NCBI GenBank assembly: GCA_043821385.1
Contig: JBDRCV010000002.1
Span: 1 to 37,347, forward strand
Direction of reading: 5' to 3'
Length of the DNA stretch: 37,347 nucleotides
Origin: an archaeon
GTDB lineage: Archaea; Iainarchaeota; Iainarchaeia; Iainarchaeales; JBDRCV01
Shown here: positions 1-9,056 of the stretch, in pieces
Numbering within the stretch: position 1 is the stretch's first letter
Layout of the letters: each line of letters opens with the position of its first letter
Position numbers and translations under genes: made by a program
The notes under the pieces: generated by a model
Told to the model about the DNA's origin: nothing
The model's input: only the letters and a program-made list of their open reading frames with translations
The model's database searches: none

Positions 1-375
1 TTAAGAAAACAGCATGGTATGGCTGCCATGGCAATCCTGAAATTTGATGAAATTAAAGAAAAGCTTTCAAAAGGAAACGTTGTAATTGATGACTTGTACT
101 CTTGGTCAGAGTACTTGTTTTTGAAAGAAAAATTTCCTGACTTGGTTGTAATTGCGACTTTCACTAAAAGAAGCTTGCGTTATGAGAGAATGGCTTCTCG
201 TCCTCATAGACCTTACACTAAAGAAGAATTAGACTCTCGTGACTACACAGAAATAAATAACATTGAGAAAGGCGGGCCAATTGCAATCGCTGGCTTTACT
301 TTAATCAATAATTCTTCAATTGAAGAACTGCAAAAAAAAGTTGGCTTAATTTTAAAGGAAATTGGGTTTCAGTGA
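1..375 (+). CDS. small P-loop kinase of the archaeal UPF0200 / dephospho-CoA-kinase-like family, C-terminal part only (5' end lies left of the window)
   Basis: Frame 1 is open from nt 1. VVIDDL...RPHRPYTKEELDSRDYTEINNIEKGGPIAIAGFTLINNSSIEEL fits the recalled C-terminal pattern of that family (R..R.DD...ERD..E...G....ADY.I.N.gsLEE). The Walker A motif is not visible. Confidence 0.5.
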   Translation, partial: LRKQHGMAAMAILKFDEIKEKLSKGNVVIDDLYSWSEYLFLKEKFPDLVVIATFTKRSLRYERMASRPHRPYTKEELDSRDYTEINNIEKGGPIAIAGFTLINNSSIEELQKKVGLILKEIGFQ

Positions 376-433
376 TTTTTTTGTTTTCAATCTTAATTTA
401 AACTTTTTCTTTCTTTTTCTGTTAGTGGGTTTA

Positions 434-1951
434 ATGGTTTCAAGGGAAGAAGTTTTAAGTTTTTTGAAAGCTAATTCTTGGCCGTTAGAGTATAATGAAA
501 AATTACGTACTGGAAGCCTTGAAAGCAATGTTGCTGTAACTAGTTTGTGGACTTTTAAGAATGATTTAGTTAAAGTTTTAGACAAAAAAGATTTTTCGGT
601 TATAGGAAACCTTTATGATAAAGAAAATGGTTTAATGCCTTTGATTCGAAACCTTTTATCTAATCCTTTAATCAGGTATCTTTTTGTTTTAGGCAATGAT
701 ATGTCTGGAAGCAAACAAGCTTTAATTGATTTTTTTGAAAAAGGAGTTAGTGAAAGCCATTGTGTTGTTGGGTCAAATGTTAAGCTTGAAAAGGAAGTTC
801 CTTTAAGCGAGTTAAATAAAGTGAGAGAAAACGTTAAATTAATTGATTTAACTGGCAAGATTACGACTGCTGACCTTAATGACGAGCTAAAAGTTTCAAG
901 TGTTTTAAATGAATCCATTAAAGGACTTGAAGTTTTATTGCCTTATGATTTGCCTAAAATTTTTCCTAAGCCAGTGCTTTCAACTGAAAGTTTTCCTTCT
1001 CATTCAATTGGAGTTGTTGTTAAAGGAGATTACGTTGGTGAAACCTGGTTAAAAATTCTTGAACAAATTAATCGTTTTGGCAAAATAACTAAAATGAAAA
1101 CAAAGGACTCTTTTAAGATTAAGGAAATAATTAATTTAGTTGCAGTCATTGATAAAGAGGATGCTGACAAACCAAGAATGGAACCTTACTTTAACTTTGA
1201 TGAATCTTACTTAAAAAGTTATTATGATGAAATTTGCACTGACAAGATTCCTGAAGGAGTTCTTTACACTTATGGTTCTCGTTTGCGTGCTTATGATGTT
1301 GACGTTGAAAAACCAATTGACCAAATTCAGGACTTGATTGATTACTTAAAGGTTGACACTTACAGGAAAAGCGCTTTAGCAATGACTTGGGTTATAAAAG
1401 AAAGTTTAACTAGACGTTACCTTAACAAAGATAAAAATAATCCCTGCATTATTCTTGTCCAGCCAAACATTCAGGATGGAGTGCTACATTTAACTACTTA
1501 CATTAGAAGCAATGACATGTTTCGCGCTTGGCCTTTGAATGCTTTTGCTTTAAGAAAACTTCAAAAAATTCTTGCTGAAGGTTTAAGCGTGGACTTGGGA
1601 AGCCTTACAACTATTTCTTGCAGTGCTCACTTTCATGACTTTAATTTTGATAAAGTTGAACGCATTTTATCTGACAATCCTACAACTAATGTTAACTGTT
1701 TTGACTCAAAAGGTTACTTTACAATTAAATTAAATGATAACAAAATTGTTGTCGAGCATTTTGCTAACGAGGGCGGAAAGCTTGGAGAGTACTCTGCAGA
1801 TAATGCGTTAGAGTTAACTAAAACATTGTTATTGCATAATGCTGTTGATGATTCTTATCATTGTCTTTATCTTGGAAGAGAGTTACAGAAAGCTGAAATT
1901 GCTTTAAAAACTGGAAAAGAGTTTATGCAAGACCAGTCTTTGGAGGTGTGA
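434..1951 (+). CDS. thyA: thymidylate synthase (ThyA-type) fused to an N-terminal MtrA-like domain and a C-terminal DUF4346-like domain
   Basis: ATG at 434 (MVSREEV) is preferred over the 362 start, which only adds an F/L-rich leader overlapping the upstream gene. ThyA signatures: NPCIILVQP (Cys nucleophile), YIRSNDMFRAWPLNAFAL (RSxD and PxN), CSAHFHD. N-terminal WPLEY...NLLSNPLIRYLFVLGND resembles MtrA. C-terminal YLGRELQKAEIALKTGKEFMQDQ resembles DUF4346. Confidence 0.8.
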   Translation: MVSREEVLSFLKANSWPLEYNEKLRTGSLESNVAVTSLWTFKNDLVKVLDKKDFSVIGNLYDKENGLMPLIRNLLSNPLIRYLFVLGNDMSGSKQALIDFFEKGVSESHCVVGSNVKLEKEVPLSELNKVRENVKLIDLTGKITTADLNDELKVSSVLNESIKGLEVLLPYDLPKIFPKPVLSTESFPSHSIGVVVKGDYVGETWLKILEQINRFGKITKMKTKDSFKIKEIINLVAVIDKEDADKPRMEPYFNFDESYLKSYYDEICTDKIPEGVLYTYGSRLRAYDVDVEKPIDQIQDLIDYLKVDTYRKSALAMTWVIKESLTRRYLNKDKNNPCIILVQPNIQDGVLHLTTYIRSNDMFRAWPLNAFALRKLQKILAEGLSVDLGSLTTISCSAHFHDFNFDKVERILSDNPTTNVNCFDSKGYFTIKLNDNKIVVEHFANEGGKLGEYSADNALELTKTLLLHNAVDDSYHCLYLGRELQKAEIALKTGKEFMQDQSLEV

Positions 1952-2496
1952 GTTTGACTGTTAGGCCATCTTGGGATGAATACTTTTTGCTTTTAGCTAA
2001 AATTATTTCAACTCGTTCAACTTGTCTTTCAAGGCCTTCTGGTGCGGTTGTTGTCAGAGACAAGAGAATTCTTGCAACTGGTTATAATGGTTCAATGCCT
2101 GGAGTAAAACATTGTCTTGATGAAGGGAAATGTTTTCGTCGTTCTATTAATGCTCCAGAGCATGACAAGTATAATTTTTGCAGGTCAATTCATGCTGAAG
2201 CTAACGCTATAGCTTATGCTTCAAGAATGGGTGTTTCATTAAATGGAGCAACACTTTACACTACTCTTGCTCCTTGTTTTGTTTGCCTTAAACTTCTAGT
2301 TAATGCAGGAATAAAAAAAGTTTTTTATGAGTTGCCTTACAAGTCAAAAGACAAGGAAAGAGATAATTTCTGGCTTGAACAAATAAAAGAAGTGGGTTTA
2401 GAGTCAGAGTGTTTAGTTTTATCTGATTCAACAAAAAGCCTTGCAGTTAATTCAATTCAATCTATTACTTCTCAAAGGAGACTTAAAAGTGTTTAA
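1948..2496 (+). CDS. dCMP deaminase (cytidine/deoxycytidylate deaminase zinc-binding family)
   Basis: HAEANAI and PCFVCLKLLVNAGIKKVFY zinc-ligand motifs. The GTG start overlaps the thyA TGA stop (GTGA at 1948-1951). Confidence 0.85.
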   Translation: MSLTVRPSWDEYFLLLAKIISTRSTCLSRPSGAVVVRDKRILATGYNGSMPGVKHCLDEGKCFRRSINAPEHDKYNFCRSIHAEANAIAYASRMGVSLNGATLYTTLAPCFVCLKLLVNAGIKKVFYELPYKSKDKERDNFWLEQIKEVGLESECLVLSDSTKSLAVNSIQSITSQRRLKSV

Positions 2497-2517
2497 ATTA
2501 AAAAAGGTTTTTTTAAA

Positions 2518-3114
2518 ATGAAAATTGCTGTAATCGGTTCGCATAAAGTTGGCAAGACTACTTTATCTCATTTTATTGTTTCAAAACTTAAAGCATTAGA
2601 TTTTGATGTTGCTTTCTCGCAGGAAGCTGCTTTGCGTTGTCCTTTACCAATTGATGAAAAAACTTCTCTGTCAGCACAGCAATGGATTTTGCTTGAAACC
2701 ATTAAAAATGAACTAGAGTTAGCTGACAAGCACGTTCACTTAGTTTGTGATAGAAGTGTTATTGATAATTTTGCTTACTTTCATCGTGCAGCAAAAAATC
2801 AAAACAAGCTTGAAATGCCTGACTACAAAATTTTTCAAAGTCTAGTGTCTGACTGGCTTTCAACTTACGATTTTATTTTCAAGTTAAATCCTTCACAGTC
2901 TTTTAACCAGAAAAACCTTTTTCGCGAAGATTACCTTGACTTTCAGACTGAAATTAACTTAATTTTGGATGACTTGTTAAAAAACTTTAAAGTTAAAGTA
3001 ATCAATTTAACTGCAACAGACTTAAACATTAACTCTGAAAAAATAATTAACGAAATTAACTTAGATAAAACTAAAACAAAAAAAGCTTTTGGAATAAAAG
3101 AATGGCTAAAGTAG
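2518..3114 (+). CDS. P-loop nucleotide kinase-like protein (AAA_28/NadR-like, possibly a divergent thymidylate kinase)
   Basis: Walker A GSHKVGKTT at residues 7-15. FSQEA follows where Tmk has F(T)REP. LVCDRSVIDNFAYF resembles the Tmk DR(Y/H)..S..AY motif. Located 21 nt downstream of the dCMP deaminase on the same strand. Confidence 0.45.
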   Translation: MKIAVIGSHKVGKTTLSHFIVSKLKALDFDVAFSQEAALRCPLPIDEKTSLSAQQWILLETIKNELELADKHVHLVCDRSVIDNFAYFHRAAKNQNKLEMPDYKIFQSLVSDWLSTYDFIFKLNPSQSFNQKNLFREDYLDFQTEINLILDDLLKNFKVKVINLTATDLNINSEKIINEINLDKTKTKKAFGIKEWLK

Positions 3115-3115
3115 T

Positions 3116-4813
3116 TTACTCGTGAGTAAAAATACTTACAATTTTACCTTCTTTTTTCTCTTCAATTCTCACTATTCCAAACCTTTCAAACAATACTTCA
3201 TCTCCAACACTTAAGTCAAAAATGTTTTTGCTAGTTAAACCATTAACTTTTTGGTTGTCTGGCATTAAAACTTCAACATCAATTTCATTTCCAAATTTAA
3301 TCCACTGTAAAGTAGGAAAACCAACTTTTTGTAATCCAATAAAGTCCGTTAACGCATCAAACTCATTTAAACTTTTTATTCGAATATTGTAAGCTTGCTT
3401 TAATCTAATGCTGTCATTAACTTTAAACTCTTTGACTGCTTTCTTGTCAACCAAAAAATCCTGTATTCCTGCCTTTAAGTCTGTTTCGTAAGCGTCTTTG
3501 GCTTCATTGTTAAAGTAAACTGGCACTCTCGCATTAATTTGCACTGCCTGTAACACTTGCAATTTCATTCCTTCTCTTAGAAAAGGAAGTACTTTAATGG
3601 TTGGCAGTAATAATTGTTTGTTGTAATCAATTATTCTTTTCAAGTCAAGGCCAGCGTCATTAGTGTTAATGCCTAAGTCAAGTAATGCTTTCCTTAAAGC
3701 TTTAGCCTGAAAACCTCTTCTTCTTAAAGCCCTGATTGTTCCTAACCTTACGTCATCCCAGCCAGTATACTTTCCTTCATCAATTCCTTTTTTTGCTTCG
3801 CTTGTAGAAAAAATTAGTCCTTCAGAAAACTTTATTCTTCCAGTGTGAATAGCGTGAGGGTAAACCCAGTCAAAATACTTGTACAAAAACTTTTGTTTTT
3901 CAGTGTTTTGAAAGTGTTCTTGTCCTCTAATAATCAAGCTTACTTTTAATTCATGGTCGTCAATTGCTGACTGGAAATTATATGAAGGCCAAACAAACTT
4001 GTCTTTCACTCTAGGATGTAATGGCTTGTTAACAATTTTTGCAACCCACCAGTCCCTTAAAGCAGGATCTTTAGCTTTTAAATCAGTTTTTAATCTTAAA
4101 ACAATGCTTCCTTCTTTTAACTCGTTTGCAAGCATTTGCTTGAAAACTTTTAAGTGAAAGTCTTTTCTTTTTCCACGGCACTTACAGCCTTTCTTTTGTT
4201 TTATTAGTTTCCTCCAACTTTCACTTTTACAATCACAGGAATAAATTTTGTTTTTGTCAATTAGTTTTTTCATGAAATCATAATAAATGTCAAGCCTGTC
4301 AGATGCAAAAAAAGTTTTATCTGGCTTGCAGTCCAACCACTCTAAGTCTTCTAAAAAAATTTCTTCAGCGTTCTCTATTGGTTTTTTTACTTTAGGGTCT
4401 GTATCATCAAACCTTAAAAAGAAAACTCCGTCATACTTTTTTGCGTACTCGTGGCTTAAAACGATTTGTCTTGCATTACCTAAATGAAACGGCCCGTTAG
4501 GGTTTGGAGCGTAACGAGTTACAACTTTTTCTTTTTCCGCCCACTCTAATTCCGGTAACCCTTCTCTTTGCTCTCTTTTCTTTAACTCGAATTGTCCTTC
4601 AAACTCGCCTGCTTTTTCCATAATTTCTTTCAAACTTAATTTGTTTACTTCTCTGACAATTTCAGCTATTTCTTTAATGTTTTTTGTCACAAACTTTTTG
4701 TCTTCAGAATGCAATGCCATTAACTTTCCAATAACAGCATTCAAACTAGCTTTGCCTTCGTGCTCTAAAGCATTCTTTAAAGTATGCTTTAACGTTTCAT
4801 CTCTTAAACTCAT
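3116..4813 (-). CDS. gltX: glutamyl-tRNA synthetase, archaeal type
   Basis: RYAPNPNGPFHLGNARQ (HIGH-type motif), FLRFDDTDP, 565 aa class I Glu/Gln-RS catalytic core plus an anticodon-binding C-terminus. Confidence 0.9.
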   Translation of the reverse strand: MSLRDETLKHTLKNALEHEGKASLNAVIGKLMALHSEDKKFVTKNIKEIAEIVREVNKLSLKEIMEKAGEFEGQFELKKREQREGLPELEWAEKEKVVTRYAPNPNGPFHLGNARQIVLSHEYAKKYDGVFFLRFDDTDPKVKKPIENAEEIFLEDLEWLDCKPDKTFFASDRLDIYYDFMKKLIDKNKIYSCDCKSESWRKLIKQKKGCKCRGKRKDFHLKVFKQMLANELKEGSIVLRLKTDLKAKDPALRDWWVAKIVNKPLHPRVKDKFVWPSYNFQSAIDDHELKVSLIIRGQEHFQNTEKQKFLYKYFDWVYPHAIHTGRIKFSEGLIFSTSEAKKGIDEGKYTGWDDVRLGTIRALRRRGFQAKALRKALLDLGINTNDAGLDLKRIIDYNKQLLLPTIKVLPFLREGMKLQVLQAVQINARVPVYFNNEAKDAYETDLKAGIQDFLVDKKAVKEFKVNDSIRLKQAYNIRIKSLNEFDALTDFIGLQKVGFPTLQWIKFGNEIDVEVLMPDNQKVNGLTSKNIFDLSVGDEVLFERFGIVRIEEKKEGKIVSIFTHE

Positions 4814-4879
4814 GTTTTCACTGAAAAATAATAGAAAAAACTTAATTTAAAATGTTGGTTTTAGAAAAAAGAAAAAGAA

Positions 4880-4900
4880 AGAATAGCTTGAAGCTATTCT
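4880..4900 (-). terminator. palindromic hairpin plus T/C-rich tract downstream of the 535-aa secreted-protein gene
   Basis: agaatagctt-g-aagctattct has perfect 10-nt arms and lies 4 nt beyond the stop at 4905-4907. On the minus strand it is followed by ctttctttttcttttttct. Confidence 0.5.
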
Positions 4901-4904
4901 TGTT

Positions 4905-6512
4905 TTACTCTAATGCAATTAATTGAACGTAAGGTGTTTCAGTGTCAAGGTTTATTTGGTTTACCAAATACTGTTTTCCAAGAAAGGTTATTACTATGTT
5001 GTCGTTTGTGCCGTCAGTGAATGGTGTTCCGTCAGCGTTTCTTGCAGGCAAGCCCTGTAATTCTCCGCCATTATGTGTAAATATTGTTCCATACTTTAAG
5101 TCGGATTCATTGATTATGGTTGCTAATTCTCTTACTCCTGGAATTCCTTGGAATCTAATGTCTGCTGTAACATCAAATAATTCTTTGGTTTGCAATCCAT
5201 AAATGACTCCTTCCCATACAATAGTATCACTTGGGTTGTAATGAATGCATGCTGGAATCTTAGAGTAATCCAATATTTGGTTTTGTATTTCAATTGCTCC
5301 TTCAGCTGATTTTAGTGTTGAACTTATCCATCCTCTAGCATTGTATTCACATTGAACTTCTAAAAAGTGGTTTGTTCTGCCTGCAAAATCAGTTGGCATA
5401 TTAATTTCAATAGTGTTTTCTTTTAACTCAATTTCACTGCCATAATCACTTAAAACATAGTCTGGGTTATTAGGAGAATCTTTTTGCATGTCATAGAAAT
5501 TATTTAAGTCAAAATTAAAGTATTTTGCATCAACTGTTGGCCAATTTAAATTACTGTTTAAAAAAGTATAAATTAAGTTATCATTAGCTGTGTCAATATA
5601 AGTTTCTATTTGGTAATCTCCTAACCCTTCATCTATTTCTTTTACTCTAAATTTTGCTGTCACATAAGAATGGTCAATTGGTTCGTGTCCAAACAAGGTT
5701 TCGTCAGGAACATAATACTCTGCGTCAATGATTCCATCTTCGTTTTCATCAGTTCCCTTAAATGAAACATATTTTCCTCTAAAGTTAATGTTTTGTTCGC
5801 TTAACACAAACCAGATTACTTTTTCTCCTTGGTATTCTCCAGCCAAAAACCTGTAATCATAATATTTGTCGTTATGGCCTTTTAATGAAAAAGCTTGAGT
5901 TATTTGGTTTTGGTTAAAGTTAATTACTGCTAAAGTTTGTCCTTCAGGAGAACCAGCTTTAATGGTTAACTTGTTTTGATCTGTTAATTTGTAATAAATT
6001 AATTCTCTGTCATTATCAAAGAAAAAGTAATCCCAATCATAAGGATATAAAACCATTTTTTGCATAAAAATTGAATGATGTTCACTGTTTGTACGGTAAT
6101 AAATTTGGTTTTCACCTAATTCAACTCTGTTTTCTCTGTTAGGGTTAAAGTCGTCGAAAAGAAAACTTGCTTTAAATCCAGAGTTTTTGATAGGAAAATT
6201 AATGCTTTGGTTTTCAAACAAAGGGTGTTCCTCTGACCAAGAAGCTTTATTCACAAGTTTTATTCCTTGTAACCAAGACATTCCACTGTCATATTCTTTG
6301 TCAAACTGGATTTCCCACTTGTTTTGAGCATCATAACTTTCTCCTTCAACAAGCCTTACAATATAGTCATCAACTGGTACTGGATTGCCTGGTTTGACTT
6401 CGTCAACAATGCCTTTTTCTACTGGCAGACTGTTTTGCGGAGTCCTTACAGCAAAAACCATTCCAGCCATAAGTGTTATTATTAGTGTTATAATTAATAG
6501 TTTTTTAATCAT
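4905..6512 (-). CDS. large secreted or membrane-anchored protein of unknown function
   Basis: N-terminal MIKKLLIITLIITLMAGMVFA signal/anchor. GGAGGT Shine-Dalgarno 8 nt upstream of the ATG. No recognisable catalytic motif. Confidence 0.6.
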   Translation of the reverse strand: MIKKLLIITLIITLMAGMVFAVRTPQNSLPVEKGIVDEVKPGNPVPVDDYIVRLVEGESYDAQNKWEIQFDKEYDSGMSWLQGIKLVNKASWSEEHPLFENQSINFPIKNSGFKASFLFDDFNPNRENRVELGENQIYYRTNSEHHSIFMQKMVLYPYDWDYFFFDNDRELIYYKLTDQNKLTIKAGSPEGQTLAVINFNQNQITQAFSLKGHNDKYYDYRFLAGEYQGEKVIWFVLSEQNINFRGKYVSFKGTDENEDGIIDAEYYVPDETLFGHEPIDHSYVTAKFRVKEIDEGLGDYQIETYIDTANDNLIYTFLNSNLNWPTVDAKYFNFDLNNFYDMQKDSPNNPDYVLSDYGSEIELKENTIEINMPTDFAGRTNHFLEVQCEYNARGWISSTLKSAEGAIEIQNQILDYSKIPACIHYNPSDTIVWEGVIYGLQTKELFDVTADIRFQGIPGVRELATIINESDLKYGTIFTHNGGELQGLPARNADGTPFTDGTNDNIVITFLGKQYLVNQINLDTETPYVQLIALE

Positions 6513-6575
6513 CTTTTAAACCTCCAAAAGTGTTAAGAATTAGTAAATTAATTGGAATGATAAGATTTAAAAAGG

Positions 6576-7313
6576 TTATGTTGAAGTCTTTTCCCAGTAC
6601 TTGTCAAAATGGCTTTGCAGCATTTCCAGTAAATGATTGTTATTGTTGTGAATGCTGAAATGGTATTCTGGCTTGCTTTCATTAGTATCATTTAACCCTA
6701 AAACAACTTTTTTGTCATCAATAATTAAAGCATTTAAGTTATGCTGGAATTGCTTTAACTTAATTTTTTCTTCCAGGTTTTTTAAATCACTTTTAGAAGA
6801 ATTAATGATTCTGACACTGACATTACTGTTAGCTGCTTTACTCAAGTTTTCCATTAACTTTTCTTTTCCGTTTAATTGAGTAAAACCTTTAACGCTTTCT
6901 TTTGCTTTTCCAACCTCTAAAGCCAGTAAGTGTTGAAAGTCTTTAACGCTTTTAACTTTCATTATTTTCTCGTTTTCTTCTCTATTACTTGTCAATGGAA
7001 GTTCTTGCTGTAAACTTAAAGCAGTTTCCTCTAAAGCCATTAAATCATTCTTTTTTTCTTCCAGTAAAGAATTAAAGATTTCTCCTGCTTCAAACAATTT
7101 ATACCTTTTAGGCCTGCCGCTTACTTCTAAAACCATTTTTTTTCCAACTAGAGAATTCAATACATCGTAAACGCGTGTTTTTGGTACTTCTGAAACCCTG
7201 CTAATGTCTGGAGCCTTGCATTCCTTTAACTTAAATAACGCTGTCAAGGCTTTAGCTTCATATTCAGTTAAACCAGCAGTATTAAAAAAACTCTCAAGCT
7301 TTGAAAAAACCAT
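6576..7313 (-). CDS. TrmB-family transcriptional regulator
   Basis: N-terminal GLTEYEAKALTALFKLKECKAPDISRVSEVPKTRVYDVLNSLVGKKMV is the TrmB winged-HTH pattern. Confidence 0.75.
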   Translation of the reverse strand: MVFSKLESFFNTAGLTEYEAKALTALFKLKECKAPDISRVSEVPKTRVYDVLNSLVGKKMVLEVSGRPKRYKLFEAGEIFNSLLEEKKNDLMALEETALSLQQELPLTSNREENEKIMKVKSVKDFQHLLALEVGKAKESVKGFTQLNGKEKLMENLSKAANSNVSVRIINSSKSDLKNLEEKIKLKQFQHNLNALIIDDKKVVLGLNDTNESKPEYHFSIHNNNNHLLEMLQSHFDKYWEKTST

Positions 7314-7362
7314 TCAATTCACTAAACAAAATTAAAGTTTAAAGTTGTTTTAAAGCTTACTG

Positions 7363-8169
7363 TTATTCAAAAACAATGCCAGCGTAAGCTACAACACTAG
7401 AGTAATCGCCTGTTGCTTTTCCAGAATTAGTGTACTCAATTAATTCAACTTTCTTTAAACCTTTTTTTCTAGCGTAAACCATTAATGCTGTCACGCCTGC
7501 AAAACCGCAAATGCTTGCATTTTCTTTTAAGACAAATTCATGAAATCCTTTGTAGTCAAGTTTCTTGATTAACTCTATGGCCTGGAAGTCGATTTCTTTT
7601 GCTTTCTCTTCTCTTTCAAAGTGAGTGAAGTCAGTTGAAGCAATCACGTTCAATTCTTTTCCCAAACTTTCTTCTAATTCAAACAAGCTTTCGCCTAACT
7701 TTTCTAAAACCTCTAAATCGTGAAACGCAATACAAACTGGCAGAATTGAAAACTCTTTGTTTGCAAATAATTCCTGCAGTAAAGGCAGTAACACTTCCAA
7801 AGAGTGTTCTTTTTCAAAAGCCTTATCATCTAAAACACTGTAACCAATTAACTCGTTTAATTTTTCTTTTTCTCTTGAAACTTTTACTTTTCCTAAAGTC
7901 GTTTCCCATTGCTCTGCCTTTGCAATGCTTAAAAAGTTTCCTAAACCTGAGTGGTTTGGTCCAAGCAGTACGTTAATCTCGTTTTCTTTTAACTTAGAAA
8001 GTGTTTTTGCTGCAGTTAAACCAGAGTAAGGGTAGCCTGCGTGCGGCACAATAACACAGTTAGTTTTTTTTTCTCTTTTGCTTTCTTTAAAAAAAGTTTT
8101 AATGGTTTCAGTTAATTCTGTTTTGTTTGAAGGATAAAAAGAACCATTAAAGGATGGTTTTCTATTCAT
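7363..8169 (-). CDS. Memo-like protein (AmmeMemoRadiSam system protein B family)
   Basis: VPHAGYPYSGLTAAKT motif and the usual position directly after rps2. The ATG overlaps the rps2 stop (ATGA). Confidence 0.8.
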   Translation of the reverse strand: MNRKPSFNGSFYPSNKTELTETIKTFFKESKREKKTNCVIVPHAGYPYSGLTAAKTLSKLKENEINVLLGPNHSGLGNFLSIAKAEQWETTLGKVKVSREKEKLNELIGYSVLDDKAFEKEHSLEVLLPLLQELFANKEFSILPVCIAFHDLEVLEKLGESLFELEESLGKELNVIASTDFTHFEREEKAKEIDFQAIELIKKLDYKGFHEFVLKENASICGFAGVTALMVYARKKGLKKVELIEYTNSGKATGDYSSVVAYAGIVFE

Positions 8170-8846
8170 CTTCTCTGCCTTTTTCTCACAGTATTTTTAT
8201 TTTGCTGTCTTTTAGGTGTTCTGATTTTTTCTTCTTTAAAGCCTTCCTTTAATTCAAACTGGAAGTCTTCAACTGTCTTACTAAAGTCTTCTGGTTTTGT
8301 TATTATTCCTCTGGCTAAAAGGATTTCTCTTGCAAACAAATAATATACTAGTGCAATTGACTGTCTTCCTTTATTGTTTATTGGTACAATAAAATCCAGG
8401 TTTTTTGTTCTGTTGTTTGTTGTACACAATCCAATAACTGGTTTTCTTATAATTGCGGCTTCTTTTATTGCTTGAAAATCGGATTCTGGTTCTGTAATCA
8501 AAACTAGTTCTGGCTCTACAAAAATCTCGTTTTTTGGGTTAGTGAAAGTTCCTGGAACAAATCTGCCGGTAAAAGCATGGCATCCAATTACTTTACTAAA
8601 AGTTTTAACTGCTTTTTGACCGTAAAGTTTTCTTGAAACAACAGCGATTTTTTCTGGTTCTACTTTGGAAAGCATTTTTGCAGCGGTTGCAATCCTTTTA
8701 TCTAATTCTTGGATGTTTAAAACCTTTAAACCATCTGGTCTTGTTTTAAAAATAAATTTCTTCATGTCACCAGACTTATATTTTGTTCCAATATGTACTC
8801 CTGTTTTCAAGTATTTTTCTGCAGGAACTAGTGTTTGTTCACTCAA
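8166..8846 (-). CDS. rps2: 30S ribosomal protein S2 (uS2)
   Basis: [18 protein letters not shown]-terminus. The TTG start overlaps the rpoN stop (TTGA). Confidence 0.9.
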   Translation of the reverse strand: MSEQTLVPAEKYLKTGVHIGTKYKSGDMKKFIFKTRPDGLKVLNIQELDKRIATAAKMLSKVEPEKIAVVSRKLYGQKAVKTFSKVIGCHAFTGRFVPGTFTNPKNEIFVEPELVLITEPESDFQAIKEAAIIRKPVIGLCTTNNRTKNLDFIVPINNKGRQSIALVYYLFAREILLARGIITKPEDFSKTVEDFQFELKEGFKEEKIRTPKRQQNKNTVRKRQRR

Positions 8847-9052
8847 TTCTTTTCACCTTTTGGAGTATATTTTAGTACTTCATCCAATAAGTCAACGTGA
8901 CTGAAAAGTGTTCTCCTACAGCAATACCTTTCAATTCCCATTTCATCTAAAACTTTTTCAGGGCTTTTGCCTTCTTTTACTTTTTTCTTAAATTCTTCAT
9001 AATAAGAACCTAATACTTTTCCACAACTAAAACATCTTACTGGCACAATCAT
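8843..9052 (-). CDS. rpoN: DNA-directed RNA polymerase subunit N (Rpb10)
   Basis: [15 protein letters not shown]...RYCCRR zinc-binding signature, 69 aa. Confidence 0.9.
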   Translation of the reverse strand: MIVPVRCFSCGKVLGSYYEEFKKKVKEGKSPEKVLDEMGIERYCCRRTLFSHVDLLDEVLKYTPKGEKN

Positions 9053-9056
9053 TTCA

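Noticed and set aside
362-433. Longer thyA start at 362 (MGFSDFFVFNLNLNFFF...)
   Set aside because: It overlaps the upstream gene end and adds only an F/L-rich translation of a T-rich promoter-like spacer. The ATG at 434 begins the recognisable MtrA-like domain.
352-1382. Minus-strand ORFs 352-585, 613-918 and 1191-1382 overlapping thyA and its upstream spacer
   Set aside because: They lie antisense within or next to a well-supported ThyA fusion gene and have no recognisable motifs or ribosome-binding sites.
4287-8904. Plus-strand ORFs 4287-4487, 4641-4850, 4942-5202, 6652-6879, 7635-7976 and 8665-8904
   Set aside because: All are embedded antisense in longer minus-strand genes with clear homology or signal peptides. 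They have no independent support.
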